From Eledone cirrhosa (taxonomy: Eukaryota): DNA of 64,000 bases. Each line of letters opens with the position of its first letter. The first letter of the stretch is position 1. The position numbers and the translations under genes are program-made. The stretch spans positions 208,940,001 to 209,004,000 of the forward strand of contig OZ024742.1 of the NCBI GenBank assembly GCA_964016885.1. The letters are read 5' to 3'. This document shows positions 10,986 to 25,469 of this stretch, one piece after another. The notes under the pieces were generated by a model that was not told the DNA's origin, made no database searches, and saw nothing but the letters and a program-made list of their open reading frames with translations.

Positions 10986-13681
10986 TATCATCATTATATA
11001 TTAAAATATCCGAAAACAAACTATTTCGTTGTTTATTTATTCATTAGATTATATTGTATTTCGTGATAACGTGAAAGAGAGAGATATCATTTAATTCAAA
11101 CATATGTCCGTTTTTTTTCTTTGTTTTTTTTTCTTAATATGAAACCCGCTGAAGTTTGCTTTTAATATGTTACTACAGACACACTGTGTTGCTTATTTAT
11201 AAAGATATTAATACAAAGGATACCTGGCATCTGAATATGTTTTGTTCTTATTTATGTGTACCTTCAGATATTCGTGCAAGTTTGTATAGTTTTCTGCATC
11301 GTTATTCATAGCTGGATGAATCTTAAGCAACTTTTAATGTAAGCGAATTCTTGCATGCATATTTAGATAATACATTATTCTATTAGAAATAAAGAATCTC
11401 CAGCTCTTTCTTAATTTTAATTGATAATTTGTTATTCCCTGATTCTGAAGATAGACAGATATTCCTGTTTATTAAGGAATTGCAAAAGGCTTAATATATA
11501 ACTTGCTTTCTTCCAATTGAGAAACTCCACACGTCTATGTGGGAGAAGTGTTGTAGATTAGTTGAATTAACTTCAAAGATTTGACAGTCACTTGTTTTCC
11601 CTATTTTCAGAGGAATTTAAAATTGTGCACCTACGAAACACAATGTTTCCTTGCTCCATTCTCTGCCACACACCTCCATTATATATTAGAAACAAGAATT
11701 CAGCCATTGCATTAATTAATAAATATAAATTGACGCGGATCTAAGAGCAGTATCACGTTAGTCGTTTCAACCAATAATCTACCTTATTGTAAACTATATG
11801 TCCACATCTAAATACATTATTCAAATCTTTTTTAAACGAACGGTAATTGGGTATATAATATTCATATGAAAGAGAGTTTTAAACTTTTAAAAATACAAAA
11901 TTCCTCTCAACATCAAAACATTCATTTCCTGTTCAATCTTAAATTGATACCCATAATAAATACATATGAAATTCAGTTCAGTTCAATTATATTCTTAAAA
12001 TTATAAGTAAATAACATATTTTTAGATCGTAAAACATATCTCGTCAAAATTCCGAAATTGTTTAGTCAGTTGGTTTCTCATCTCTCTACTCCATTGCTGG
12101 ATCGAAAAATATAAAATTGCATCTCTACTCACACAATTATGACGGGCATCAAGGGGAACCAAGTTGTCAATGATTCATTAAATATTCCATGCTAATAATC
12201 TTGAGGATAAAAAGCATAGGAAACACTCCGTTATGGGAATATTCGGCTTTGCATTTAGTCTGCTATAATATATTGATATCTCAACGGAGATTATGTTGGA
12301 ATAACATACTGTTGCCTCTTATTTCTATGTGACGGGAAACGAGACCTTAAATCCGTATACTCTTTCCGTATATTTTACCGATGGAAATAAGCTGAAATAC
12401 CAACACCCGTGAATTGATGCTCGGTCTTGTCTAGAAGTTAGATAAACTATACTAGAATTGGCTGCAGCGGGGTTATCACGAATTCTGCTTTCATATATTT
12501 TATTTTTGCTGCTTTGTTTTGATGGGAGAGTCAATGATCATGGGAATTTTTAGGGCCACCGATATGTAAGATGTAGATATTATCGAACCTGATCGATAAG
12601 TTTGCAAAGACGTGGAATTATAAGAACGAATTAGTGGTTTGAAATTGGATGACGGATTTAGTCTACTACTCAAAATGGTTACAGTGAAATTTTAACTCAT
12701 AAGAGGTGCTGGAGCAGATACCTCAAAGGATCTCAGCTGATGCTCTAAAAATTCCATCAATCCTTCATCCTGGACCTGAAAATTATTTCTCAATCCTAGG
12801 AAGAAGAAAGTAAATTGACGCGGATGGGATTTGAACGCAGAGTTAAAAACACCGGAAGAAATACTACAACGCTTTTTTCTTCTAAACTCTAACTACTTCG
12901 CCAATATACTACCAATTAATAGTATTAATCCATAAGCTAATACTTAATAACAATATATTATATTCCATGCAAGCTTTCATCCAGCCCTTCTTTTAGTATG
13001 ACATTTCACCATTTCATTTCTTCTTCCTTTTCAATTTTCGCATCCCTTCATATCTGTCACCGGTCTCCCGCTATAATTCGCGCCGTTGCTAAACTTGTGA
13101 TAAAATAAATTAAATAAACCCCAATACATTGGTGTTAATTATTTCCCCAAATAAAAGGTTATTTCTACGTCTTGTATCTTTCCCTGCGGTTTTATTTAAT
13201 AATATATATATATTAATCATACGGTATATTGCCAAATATACTAGGCATACATCGCTATTTCAGAGCACCAACCATAATATATATATATATATATATTATA
13301 TATATGTAGAAGTTCTATTTAAATTGTTGGGATACAACAAACAAATATTTTTATAACTGATATAAAGCACTCAACAAATTATTGGAGTAAAAATACGATA
13401 TATTAACAAATGGAAACTATATTTATAAAACCATATTTATTTCATTATACATATTTCAAGGACACAAAGTTAAATTATGGTGTGCTTTGATCAGATAAAA
13501 TATAATATAGATCAGTTTTATAAATATATATTGACATACCCTTAAAGAATGCGAACATTTCTGTTGGAAGCTCCCGGATAGTGGGGTTATTAAATTTATT
13601 TATTCTATTATGCAAATTAGTGTCGGATATGTTTAAATCACAGTAGATTTAGAATAAGCCGTTGGGGTATGGAGAAAGAGA

Positions 13682-13773
<92 letters not shown>

Positions 13774-15014
13774 ATTATATATATATTATCATTTTTTTTT
13801 TCATTTTTTTATTTCATTTTTTATTTCATTTTTTATTTCATTTTTTATTTCATTGTTTTAACTTATACCATGACTCTGTTTTCCTTTTAATGTTTTATTG
13901 TTTTCTGAGATTCTGAGATTTATCTTAACCTACAACATTTTCAACATATGGATTACATCGAGTTCTTCATGCAGAATAGACCCCCACAACTTACAGTGGA
14001 TACCTCTGTGTATATATATATTCCCCACAATCCCTCAAGAGCGTGAAACTAATAAACCTTTGTTTGTACTGCCTCTCTGTTTTGTTCCCGTTCCATTTTT
14101 CACTATATATATATATATAAATATGTATATATATATATATAAGAATTAAAATACTATTCATATTATAGAAATGACAGTATAAGATATAGCTCAATCTAAT
14201 TAAACAGAGTTGGAGTCTCATTCAACTAATGTACCGCCTCCTCTACACACTTAATATCCGCCCCTTCTATTATACTATATATAAATTTCACCTTTATGCT
14301 CCTTTTATGATATTATATAATATATGAATTTACTTTTATGCTCCTTCCTATCCTCCATAACCTCTCTTCTTTCTGTTCCCATTGGTCTACCGTAGTTCTA
14401 TTTAGAGTCCTTTTATTAGATAACGTTATTCGACTGAACGAAGCATATTTTACTCTATTCTTGATAATTTTATTGAGATATCTTAAACTTATACGGTTTT
14501 GATGTCTTAAACACTAGCTAATTTTGAAGTGACTAAATATGTATTTTAAATACTTTTAATATTAATTAATTTTTAAAAGGTTTTCTAGTCAACTCTCTGG
14601 TCTACATTTCTATCTTTTTTCTTTTACTTAACCGCTTGTGACACCTAAGTAAATATTTTTGTTTTTGTTTTTCGATCTTCCGTTTATTTTATTTATTATT
14701 TTACTACCACACGCTGTTTGTCTGACCATGTAATTTCATTAATATATGTCTGTATGTCAACCACGTAAATATATTTTGTAATATTTTGTGATATTTTGGT
14801 AATACTTATGCCAATGTATAATGACTTGACCTCCGTGTATTTGTTACAATGGTATAGATATTTTTTCAACACAATTTTTTCAACACTATTTAGTTCTATA
14901 TGATTTTTTCTTACCCTGTGTAAAACTTTATACTATTTGTTAACCTTGAATTATATGTATGATGTAATTTTGTATATCTTTTGATGCCAATATATTATAA
15001 TATTGTTATTATTA

Positions 15015-15202
15015 TGTTTGGTGGATTGGCAGTATCGGTAGAGGGTCGGACGCAATGCTTTCCAGCATAGTTACGTCCCTTTACGATCTGAGTTCAAATC
15101 CCGCCGAGGTTGACTTTGCCTTTCATCCTTACGGGGTCGATAAAATAAAGTACCAGTAATGCACTGGGTATTTGCTGGCCTTGTGCCTAAATTAGAAACA
15201 AT
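15015..15202 (+). mobile_element. tRNA-derived SINE, near full length
   Basis: A-box-like tggcagtatcggta, B box gagttcaaatcc, conserved 3' body. Confidence 0.88.
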
Positions 15203-15721
15203 TATTATGTTATTATAATGTTTCTATATTGTTTATGTACACTGACAGGGAATTATATATTATATTTTATTTTTATTTTTACCTTTATTCTTATTTTTAT
15301 CTTTATTATATTATACTGTAAACAATATATATATATATATATATATATTTAAATACTTAATAAGTGTTAGTTTGTATTTGTACTAATGTGTATATGTATT
15401 GAGATATATATATATATACATATATTAAGCTTTTTATTATCACAATCTATTATATTATATTATATTCTATATCGTACTGTAATTCTCGCATTATACTGCC
15501 ATTTGTGTTTCAAACTTTTGCATTATATAATATTTGCAATGTGGGTTCAACATGTTAATCACTTCCTTGCTATTTGGTCCATATCTATGTTTGTAACTGC
15601 TCACTCTTAATCTTAGCCAACTTTTCCTTAATATCTTTCCTAAGCTTTAATAGATGTATACTCCATATTCTTCTGAGTTTTTGGCTTGTATTGGCCGATA
15701 GTGCTTCTTGTAGCTTTACTT

Positions 15722-15759
15722 GCCCTGATGAGTCCTTAATAGGACGAAACATTGTTGGC
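15722..15759 (+). ncRNA. Minimal type I hammerhead ribozyme at the end of a PLE-like terminal remnant
   Basis: gcc-CTGATGA-gtcct(taat)aggac-GAAA-catt-GTT-ggc, followed immediately by AATAAA and (TA)n. Confidence 0.8.
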
Positions 15760-15767
15760 TAATAAAG

Positions 15768-15810
<43 letters not shown>

Positions 15811-15812
<2 letters not shown>

Positions 15813-16295
15813 ATGGTGGTTAGGACGGAACAGGAGGAGAAAGGAAGAAAGGAGTTTCCATCGTCAGCAGTAAATGTTTCCTGACCGGATGTTTCGGCGC
15901 TGAATTACAGGACATCGGTGTAGTTCGGGTGCGCCCGAGGCCTTTTATTAATCAAAATGCCAGGTGGAAAAGGAGAGAGAAAGAGAGGAAAAAGGGAAAA
16001 CAAAAGGAGAGAGAAAAGAAAGAGAGGGAAAGGAGTAACAGGGGGGGGGGGAGAAAGGGACAATGTAAAAGGGGAAAAAATAGGAAAGGAATAGGAGAAA
16101 AAGAAGGTGTAGAGGTCCCATCGTGGGAAGACACAGGTGAAAGAAACATACAAAAGAGTAAACGTACATCGGGTCGGGAAACATTTACAGCTGACGATGG
16201 AAACTCCTTTCTTCTATTCTCCTCCTGTTCCGTCTTAACCACCATCCTAACCATTGTTTTTAGTAACCACACACACAGCTCCTTTCGTTTCATGT

Positions 16296-16300
<5 letters not shown>
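15811..16300. repeat. Inverted-arm insertion in (TA)n
   Basis: 15811-15892 is inverted to about 16167-16248. The right arm continues about 50 bp further. Purine-rich spacer; TA arrays on both sides. Confidence 0.8.
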
Positions 16301-16356
<56 letters not shown>

Positions 16357-16774
16357 AACATACATACATACTAACGTACATATATACATTTCACGTAGAA
16401 CGCTATCCATACACTCTTGTACACATTGTTGAAACATAATCAGAATACAATTTCGTTCCCCTTTCCTAAATATATAATTATTCTGGTCAAATAAACTACT
16501 TTCACCTAGTTGGCATAATTACAAGAAGCACTAAGTCTGCATTTTCTAAACATTTTCTAAAAAGTTGAATCATTTCAGGCTATCGTAATTCTCTCCCTTG
16601 TTAGCATCTAGGGATTTCAAAATTTCCAAATTGTTTTGGAATGACGAGGAATACGTCTGTTCAGTGAATTTTTATTTTGCTCGTTATCTTTAGAATGTGA
16701 CATTTAACATTTCATTCTGAACGGTTCCTCGTGTATTCTCTATCTTTTGTTGTCACAGAAATATATTATACATA

Positions 16775-17090
16775 CATGATGACTGCAAACTCTGCTGAGA
16801 GTACTGCAATTGATTGGATGATTATAGAGTTTGGTGCACTTTTAGGATACGACCAGTCACACAAACCTGTAACATATCCTGAACAAGCAATGCCTGCACG
16901 TTGAATGTTTTTAAGTGGAGAAAGGCCTTGCACTCGACCAATTCCACTCTCTGATCATCGAAAACACTACCTGAAAAGGAGAACTGGTCAATATCATCGG
17001 ATGCTTTCGAAGCCACAGGTTTTCTTTTTCAGAGTTTCCCTCTCCTAGAAAGGTGTTGTGATAACAACTGGAGGCCTTTGACATACATAC
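16775..17090. mobile_element. Short (CATA)n-flanked repeat, related to 4965-5257
   Basis: Shared start, middle and end motifs; CATA repeats on both sides. Confidence 0.5.
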
Positions 17091-17129
17091 ATATATATAC
17101 ATACATACCTATACATATATATACATACA

Positions 17130-18075
17130 TTACCATTTGGCGGCCTTAGCCGTAATCGACTCAACAATTGATCTCGACGTAGGTCTATCGCTCATTGCCG
17201 TTGGCAAGTCCTGGATTTCAATACCAAAATCTCTGGTGATGATAACGTGATAGGAAAACTTGTGCCCCCTGCTTGTGGTTTCCTGAGCACAATTGGGGAC
17301 AGAGCCTCTGAAGTCGGATAATGACAGTGGCCAGTAAATCTTACTCTCATTTTACGTACAACGACAGATATGCGGGGGGGGGGGGCATATATATCTTTCA
17401 AAGTCAGATGTCGCAAGCATATGTTCTGAATGCGTCAAAGTAGGTGAGTGTAGGTGCCATCAAGGCGCTTTTGTTGTTTCGATGAAAGCGTCCATGTTTC
17501 ACTTCCATATAGTAAGATTGGTTGAATTTTTACTTCGAAGACTATGGTATGGTTGGAAAGCTTTGTTGCTGACCATGCTTGGGCTTTCCTGGTGGCACAA
17601 TTCTTCACAGAGTCCATGATCCAGGATCCAAGATGCTTAAAATCCTCGACTTCCTTGATATCACTGCCGTTGATTGCTTTGATTTTGTTGCCTGTACGGT
17701 TTGATATGAACTCTGTTTTAGCCTCGTTGAGATAAAGGCCAACGACGGGAGCTGCTTCCTGGAGAGATGTCGAAAGTTGCTACCCATTTTCTAGGAAATC
17801 TGCAAGAAGCGCAATATCATCCGCAAAGTCAAGGTCAGTAAGATGTTTAGAGGGGTGCCTAGAGCTGATGTTATACCTTTGCTATTGATTTTGTCAATCG
17901 AAAGTCTCAGAGAAATGGGGCTAGAATGTCACCCAGCAGCATTCCTGCTGAGATGTGAAAGAACTCTATTGGACCATCAGGGTTGATGAAAGGGGCACAC
18001 TTGTGTTGAGATACAGGGCTTTAATTGCTTCCACAAGTCGTGCTTTGATGCAATACAAGGGTAGAATTTCAAACA
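17130..18075 (-). mobile_element. RTE-clade LINE 3' fragment, decayed
   Basis: LDFADDIALL at about 17810-17835, ILLYGSETWTL, RVRFTGHC. Confidence 0.85.
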
Positions 18076-18227
18076 AAATGTCTCTATTTATGCTTTTCTC
18101 TAGGCATTTTTGTTTTTCCCTTTCTGAAAATGTTCTTTTTCTGAAGTGTAGAAAAAATGTAAATCAAAATCAAAATGTTATCCCAAATAGGGGAAATCGG
18201 AGCGTTATCCACTGAAGGTTCCTTAAA

Positions 18228-18263
18228 CTTTGATGAAGGGACTTTTAGGTCCCGAAATATTGG
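18228..18263 (+). ncRNA. Decayed hammerhead-like motif
   Basis: TTGATGA-a-gggac(ttttag)gtccc-GAAA. Stems I and III are not recoverable. Confidence 0.4.
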
Positions 18264-18909
18264 ACAGATAAAAGAACAACATCAACAACAAAACAAAGAT
18301 TGCCAGGTAAATTACTTTTACTTTTCGTTACTTCATCTTACAGTCCATTTTGCATTGTTTAACCTTCTATCTCTTTCAACGTTATATATTATATACAATG
18401 CTTCAAGCAAACATTTTATTGTACATATATATAGAGAGGGAGGATGGGGAGAAAGAAAGCAAGAAGTAGAAATGTAGATGTTTGTCTGTTGGTCTGTGCG
18501 AGTGTATCTTTTCTTATAGTTCCCTTTAGAATGTGGCTGTTTATAGTTCCTGTTAGACAATGGCCACTTTTTTTTAGTTTTATCGAACATACTGATCGAT
18601 GTAATTACTTCAATCTGGCATTATATTACTTATCCTCATTTATGCAATAATTAAGTAAATCGACAGATAGGTTTAATATCAGTAAAAAAAAACCTGTTAT
18701 GTTTAATGCGAAAACGAAAACACCCACGCTTGCACAATCGCACACATACACATGCGTTCGTGCATGTGTGTGTGTGCGTTTGTGCGAATGTGTGCGCGTG
18801 AAATTATGTGTCTGTGTGTGAATTTCCTGTTTCAAGAAAGCTGGCTAAAAAGAACACGTGCTATTTCCCCTATATATACTTTCCTCCATTTTACTTTTGA
18901 TATATTCAG

Positions 18910-19064
18910 AATGACCTATTTCTAAACAGAATACACAACGGCTAAAAACACAAGTATACCAATCCTTGACAAGACGTCTTGACGCTGAATCATTCAGCAA
19001 TCGGTTACAATAACAATGATCTTAATATTTGCTTTGTTTTCTTTTCTTTTGTGTTATTCTACAA
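18910..19064 (+). other. Candidate host exon encoding a signal-peptide-like start (MILIFALFSFLLCYST)
   Basis: ttcag acceptor at 18905-18909, ATG at 19016, 16 mostly hydrophobic codons, phase-1 donor A|gtaagt. No downstream exon identified. Confidence 0.3.
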
Positions 19065-19462
19065 GTAAGTAAATTCGAAATTGTTGAAGCTACATGGTGC
19101 ACTTAATTGTGTTTACCTATCTGACATAAATTCCTTTATAAGGAAACATGCAAAAAGAAACCCCAGTCAATTTTATGACATGTATATCTCCCAAAATAAT
19201 GTAATTTGCACAAATATTGCGCGAGACTTAAGCGTTCATGTTGTGTTGAGTGGGGGTTCGATGAAAATGCAGGTCACTATCACGTTACTATTAAAAATCA
19301 GATACCCACATTTCTTATTGTCAATTGCAATATAAGATCCTTGATTGATTAAATATATACCAAAACAGACATTGATTTTCTATATTTGCCTTATATGTGA
19401 TCCGTCTTGCTGGTAAAGGTTAATATGTTAATATAAGTTGTGACTACATTATATTATCTTAT

Positions 19463-19767
19463 AAATCCCGCCGAGGTTAACTTTGCCTTTCATCCTTACG
19501 GGGTCGATAAAATAAAGTACCAGTAATGCACAGGGATAATTGCTGGCCTTGTGCCAAAAGTAGAAACGATTATCTTATAGGCGGGGGATTGTCAATATTG
19601 TAGAAGGTCGGACGCTATGCTTTGTAGCATAAAGTTACGCCTCTTTATAATCTGAGTTAAAATCCCTTAGAGTTTCACTTTGCCTTTCATCCTTACGGGG
19701 TCGATAAAATAAAGTACCAGTAATGTACCGGATAATTGCTGCCCTTTTTCCAAAAGTAGAAACAATT
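19463..19767 (+). mobile_element. Two tandem SINE copies (partial + full)
   Basis: Two consecutive ttgcctttcatccttacggggtcgataaaataaagtaccagt bodies. Confidence 0.85.
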
Positions 19768-20551
19768 ATATTATCTTATAATGATAATCTAAAGAGAAAG
19801 GGAGTCTAAAGAAGTTTTTGAAAATATGTCCACATTAATCCCTTATATTAATGAAATACAATTTGTTTTAAAGAACAAACCTTTCAGGTCGTCTACATCT
19901 TTCTTCTATGTGTACAAGCCAAAAATGATTCTTTCTTATGAGAACAATATTCTGATTTGTGGGCAATTTTAAGGCTTTATTCGAAAATTTCGGGCTGGAA
20001 ATAAATTAATAATTCCTGATGATTGCCGATATTGATTGACTATTTTCCCCATCATACGAATGGTGTATGACTCAGTACATCACTGGAGCGAAAAGAAGTC
20101 GAACATTTTTTTATATACGATATATGTATATAAGAGAAACAGTGTGTTTCTGTCAACATCCGCTTGACAACTGGAGTTTTGGTAAGTTTGAAATTTGAAA
20201 ATATAGTCGACCCAATTCTATAATCGCTAGCAGTAATTTTTCAAATATCATTTACAGTTACCAACTATTACCATATTTATCTGCATTGGGGTGGCTATAT
20301 ATGTATACATTTTAGATTTAGCTCCGTTTAATTCATTATTTGTCTAGCTAATATCTAAGGAATAACAGGAAAGACTAGGTAAATGTTGTCTGACTGCTCC
20401 TCATAAAGGAATATCAATAACATTTACCTGTTATTTCTTCAAAGCTACATTTTAAACTTAGCTCTGTTTAAATGATTACTTACCTAACTGATTTCAACTG
20501 ACTAAGAAGAAAAAAATTGGATAAATTTTATCTGACTGTTCTTCAAACTTA

Positions 20552-20626
<75 letters not shown>

Positions 20627-20659
20627 CTAAATATAGACTATATTGATAGACTATATATA

Positions 20660-20851
20660 TATGTGTTTGTGTCTATATTGTATCTGTATGTTTGACCGTT
20701 GGTCAGTCAATGGCACCATTGAGGACCGAAAAAATTAAATTAACCGATATAAAAGACACAGAAGCGAAAACCAACCAAACAGTGAGTGTGTTCTGTTATT
20801 AATTCTGGCAATACTATTACACAAATATGACCCTCCCCAAGTATAACAATA
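20660..20851 (+). mobile_element. Solo 3'-end fragment of PLE family A (diverged)
   Basis: Aligns to 4567-4770 and ends at tataacaata|(TA)n, the same point as the short arm at 529. Confidence 0.88.
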
Positions 20852-21273
20852 TATATATATATACTGAGTATATATCTATATAGCTATATATATATACACA
20901 TATACGTACATCTATTTATATCGACCTATTTATATGAATGTGAATGATCGGACGACTGACAGACATGTACAGAGAAATAGAAGAGTAGTAAGGTAGATAG
21001 ATAACGCTAGCATCAACTATATAAGGCCACCAGTCACATTTACATTTGACAGTTCTTCATCTTTCCTCTACGCAGCTATGTATATCAAATGAGAATGTTA
21101 TTTATCCGTATATATTGTGTATGTAAATCTGTATGCGTATGTGACGGGATGTAGTATGTGCGTACGCATAATCTGTAATATATATGTAAGTTTAGGGTTC
21201 CTACTATGTTATGTTCCGTTTCAAAAAGATTGATGAGAGAATCTGTATGTGATTGCATGGCATGTGTTTGCTA

Positions 21274-21367
<94 letters not shown>

Positions 21368-22329
21368 GTGTGTGTGTGTGTGTGTGTGTTGATGTGTGCA
21401 CAGGATATATGAGTATTTTCTGTGCGTATCTATGTATGTATCTGTACTAATTATTTGTTGTGCCTATGTATGCCTATATATTTGGGTCGGCTGTGCGATA
21501 ATTACTGACTGTCACACGTCTGTTAACTATATTGTAATCTTACAGTCACTTAAAATGGCTATCACCAAGACCAGAAGATGCATATATTTACATACATTAG
21601 CATACATTACTGATAATCACTAAGGTGACAATGGTCGTGAAGTTGATGAGTTATCCACTACTTCCGTACCCCCAACATATTGAATTTCACTTGAGTCAGC
21701 TTTCAAGCCACACGTGATTACTTTCACAGCAACGGTATCTTTTTTTCTTCTTCGCATCATCATCCTTACTTTCATCTTCCAGTATCACTTTCTTTTGTTT
21801 CTTTACATTTTTGGAATTTAACCAGACAAGGAGAGGCAGTGCTCCTGACCTTATCCCCAACACCCCACACCATCAACATCACCACCATAAAACACGTCCT
21901 GGTAAATTAGATTTGGTCGGTGCTAACTTTGAATATGTGTGGGAGTGGATGGCTGAGGAACAAATGTAGGCGGTGTAGTAGGTTGCTGTTCTAAATATGA
22001 AGAATTGATTGAACTTTCTACTGCGGACAAGGGAATATGAGACACAATACGTATGAGAAGAGAAGAGACTTGTGCGTGTGTGCTTACGCGTGTGTGATTG
22101 CGTTTGTGTGTGTTTTAGATGTACTTGTGGGTGTATGTGTTGTGTGTGCGTGTGTGTGTGCGGTTCATCGTGGAGGTTTGTATGCTAGAAATTGTGTTAG
22201 GCGGAGCAGAGGTAATTTTGGTTGCACAGAGGAAGTAATAGAAAGACGATAACAGCACGTTATTTTTTAACTCGGGACTCTTGACTGTTATTTGGATATT
22301 AGCCAATAGCATACAATAATGCTATTGGC

Positions 22330-22990
22330 TAATTGAAATACATAAAACAAACATTTAGTTTCTCTCCGTGGAAAAACATCCAGGCTGGTCAACAGTTAGA
22401 GGCATGGGCTTCAGCCTGTGATCGCTATCTAGGCACTGGAAGAGGAATTATAACCCAAAACTCTGTTACCTCTCCAAACCAATCAATGGACGTCCTGTTC
22501 AAGCTTTTCGCAAGACACTCCTTCAATTCCATCACAGCCAGCATAGACCAACTGTGATACACATCGGCATAGAGATTCCTTTTATGCAATCCGAGCCACT
22601 ACCACAATGGAACTTCAGGGAAGCTGATTGGGGATCCTTCAGATCAGAGGGAGAGGAACAAATCATCAACTTGGAAACAGTTCCCAAGAATTATATTTTA
22701 TTTCGTAAGATACTGAAGGACGCTGCCAAAAAAAACACATCCCCCGATGATTCCGTCAATCTTACACCCCGTGCTGGCTCCCAGAGATGGAAGAGATTCT
22801 CAAGAACTATGATACCAGAGGTGATCCAGACATTGCTACGAAAATCTTAGACTCTCTTGACTCAGCTAGATGGACACGCTGGCAGGAATTGGCGTAAGAG
22901 TTGGATTTTACTCACTCTAATAGGAAAGCATGGAATCTCTTTAGGCGACGTTGTGCAGCATCTCCCTTTCAGCGCCAGCTGAGTGCACCA
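22330..22990 (+). mobile_element. Decayed LINE fragment (post-endonuclease region, I/Jockey-like)
   Basis: PLPQWNFREADW...ILKDAAKK motif with many stops. Confidence 0.5.
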
Positions 22991-23694
22991 CCAATATCCA
23001 TTATAACAACCGCAATGAAAGTCACAACGTTTTCGCTCACCTAGTAACAAATAGTAGGTTCTTTCCCTTTAAATTATACTCTGGCGTCTTATAAAGTGAC
23101 ACATCCAATAATATAGTCATATATGCTTTGTACAGAGTAGAATGATGGGGCGGTCAAGGCTGGAAATCTTTTGAACAAGAGTCTAATTGATCATAGTTTA
23201 TCTGCGGCTAAATAACAACAAAGTACTAAAATAAACCACGGTTGTGCTTTCCACTCGGTCATTTGACAGGCTGGAAATAATCAAATCTGATTCAAACTGC
23301 ACGCTAACGCAATTTAAAAATGTATAAAACATTAAACAACAAATTTATATCCATGTATATACAGAATAGATATAACCGAGACTGCGCAAATGTTCATATA
23401 AATTTACTCATTGAATATTCAGATATGTAAACAATTAAGATTTACGTATTTCCCTATAAATTGAAAGATGAAAAATATCATACAAACAACACAAAGGAAC
23501 TGTGTAACTGAGCGTCTTATCACTCGTAGAGATATCACTGACACGGGGGGTACTAATTTGCATATTACTCGCAAACGTGCGGGTGGTTAATTTTAATATA
23601 TATTACGGCGTAAAATATGCAGCCGAAGCATATGTTTGAAAATTGATTCGAAATATCTTTTTTTCAATTTACAGGGAAGTACACGTAGACTTGG

Positions 23695-23727
<33 letters not shown>

Positions 23728-23729
<2 letters not shown>

Positions 23730-23793
23730 TATGTATACGTACATACATATATGTATACAGACATACAGTAGTATGTATATATATACATACATG

Positions 23794-23860
<67 letters not shown>

Positions 23861-24261
23861 GCATGGGTTTACCGAACATTTATTATACTGCTCGTTTTGT
23901 TTGTAAACAAACAGCCCGAATTATTAGCCGTACAGTGTTCGGCAACCATCGTTGCCATTTTGTTCAACACTGACAAAGGAACGATGAACTAGTTTCTAGC
24001 TTATTAGCTGTCATCAGCACCGTATACCTTCCTGTCAGTTGATTGAACGTTTGAAAGTATATACTTTGCTTATGCATATTAACGGCTGAGCAGCCTAATT
24101 TGCATATCGAGTGAGTTAGTCGGCCGGGCGTACCGAAAACGATAAATGGAAAAAATAAAATTTCATTTCTCACTCTTAGTACGGCTGATACGTAAATATA
24201 AGTATGTATACGTACATACATATATGTATACAGACGAACAGTAGTATGTATACATACATGA

Positions 24262-24315
<54 letters not shown>

Positions 24316-24390
24316 GTATGGGTTTACCGAACATTTATTATAATGCTCGGTTTGTTTGTAAACAAACAGCCCGAATTATTAGCCGTACAG
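23728..24390 (-). mobile_element. Hammerhead-containing tandem repeat family G, about 470-bp unit, about 1.4 units
   Basis: agtatgtatacgtacatac recurs at about 23728 and 24201. Internal TA/CA tract; hammerhead at 23981-24023. Confidence 0.75.
23981..24023 (-). ncRNA. Type I hammerhead ribozyme, family G
   Basis: acggtg-CTGATGA-c-agct(aata)agct-a-GAAA-C(ta)G-TT-catcgt. Palindromic stem III ACTAGT. Confidence 0.8.
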
Positions 24391-24452
24391 TATCTTCCTC
24401 GCTTTCTCTCTATCTCCTACCCCCACTCACTCTCTCACTCTCTCCTCTCTCT

Positions 24453-24509
<57 letters not shown>

Positions 24510-24520
24510 ATATATATATA

Positions 24521-24625
<105 letters not shown>

Positions 24626-25469
24626 TATAAAATAAAAGAACACGATACATAGATATGTACATTGAAAGAAGACGAAAGTCCTGAACGGAAGAGTGGGTGT
24701 GGACATAAATATAAAGAGACATATAGTGAATGAGATTGTGTTAAACGGAAAATGAAAAAAAACTTGGATTAATTATACTTCTGAAGAGAGAAGAAATGAA
24801 AGTAAAGAAAAATAAGGAATAAATCAATAAATAATGGTAGAGATAAAAGAAGAAAATCTGAAGGAGTCGAATAAATATAAAAGACGAATATGAGGGAACG
24901 AGAGAAAAAATAAATCAAAATTATTTAAAAAATAACAAACAAACAAGGGAGAGAATCAGACGTACATGGTTAAAAAGGGAGATGCCTAAAATAAAGCTTA
25001 CCAGCGTAAACTGTAAATTTAGGCACAGATACAATAGGAGTGAGAAAAAGCTAAAGAAGAGAGAATGAGACAGATATAAATATATTGCTACCTATATATA
25101 TAACAAAAGAGATCGATATATGATATATAACGATCATGTGACTCTATGATAGCTCTATGAGAGAATTAGAGCTAAAAATCCAAGCCCATCGCATACTGCC
25201 AATCTCCTGGGAAACCATATATCTAATATTTTGCAGAGACCAATGAAATTAGGTTACAAAATATAGAGATAGAAAAGGTTTTAGATTTACACTGAAACTA
25301 AGCTTTTAAAAGCCCTGTATGATACCATTTCATGCGGCAAAAATTATCAACATTTACCGTTGATTAACACCGGCAAATGGTGAAACCAAGAGATGCAATC
25401 ATCAGTGGACATTTTCTTGAAAAATATTAGTTCCCAAAGAACGAGAGGTAATTTATATATATATATAAA

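Noticed and set aside
15015-15202. tRNA genes at the gagttcaaatcc motifs
   Set aside because: No cloverleaf is evident, and each is followed by the same non-tRNA SINE body.
15929-16432. 167-aa K/R/E-rich ORF (and similar at 39995-40498)
   Set aside because: Low-complexity purine tract with no domain signal.
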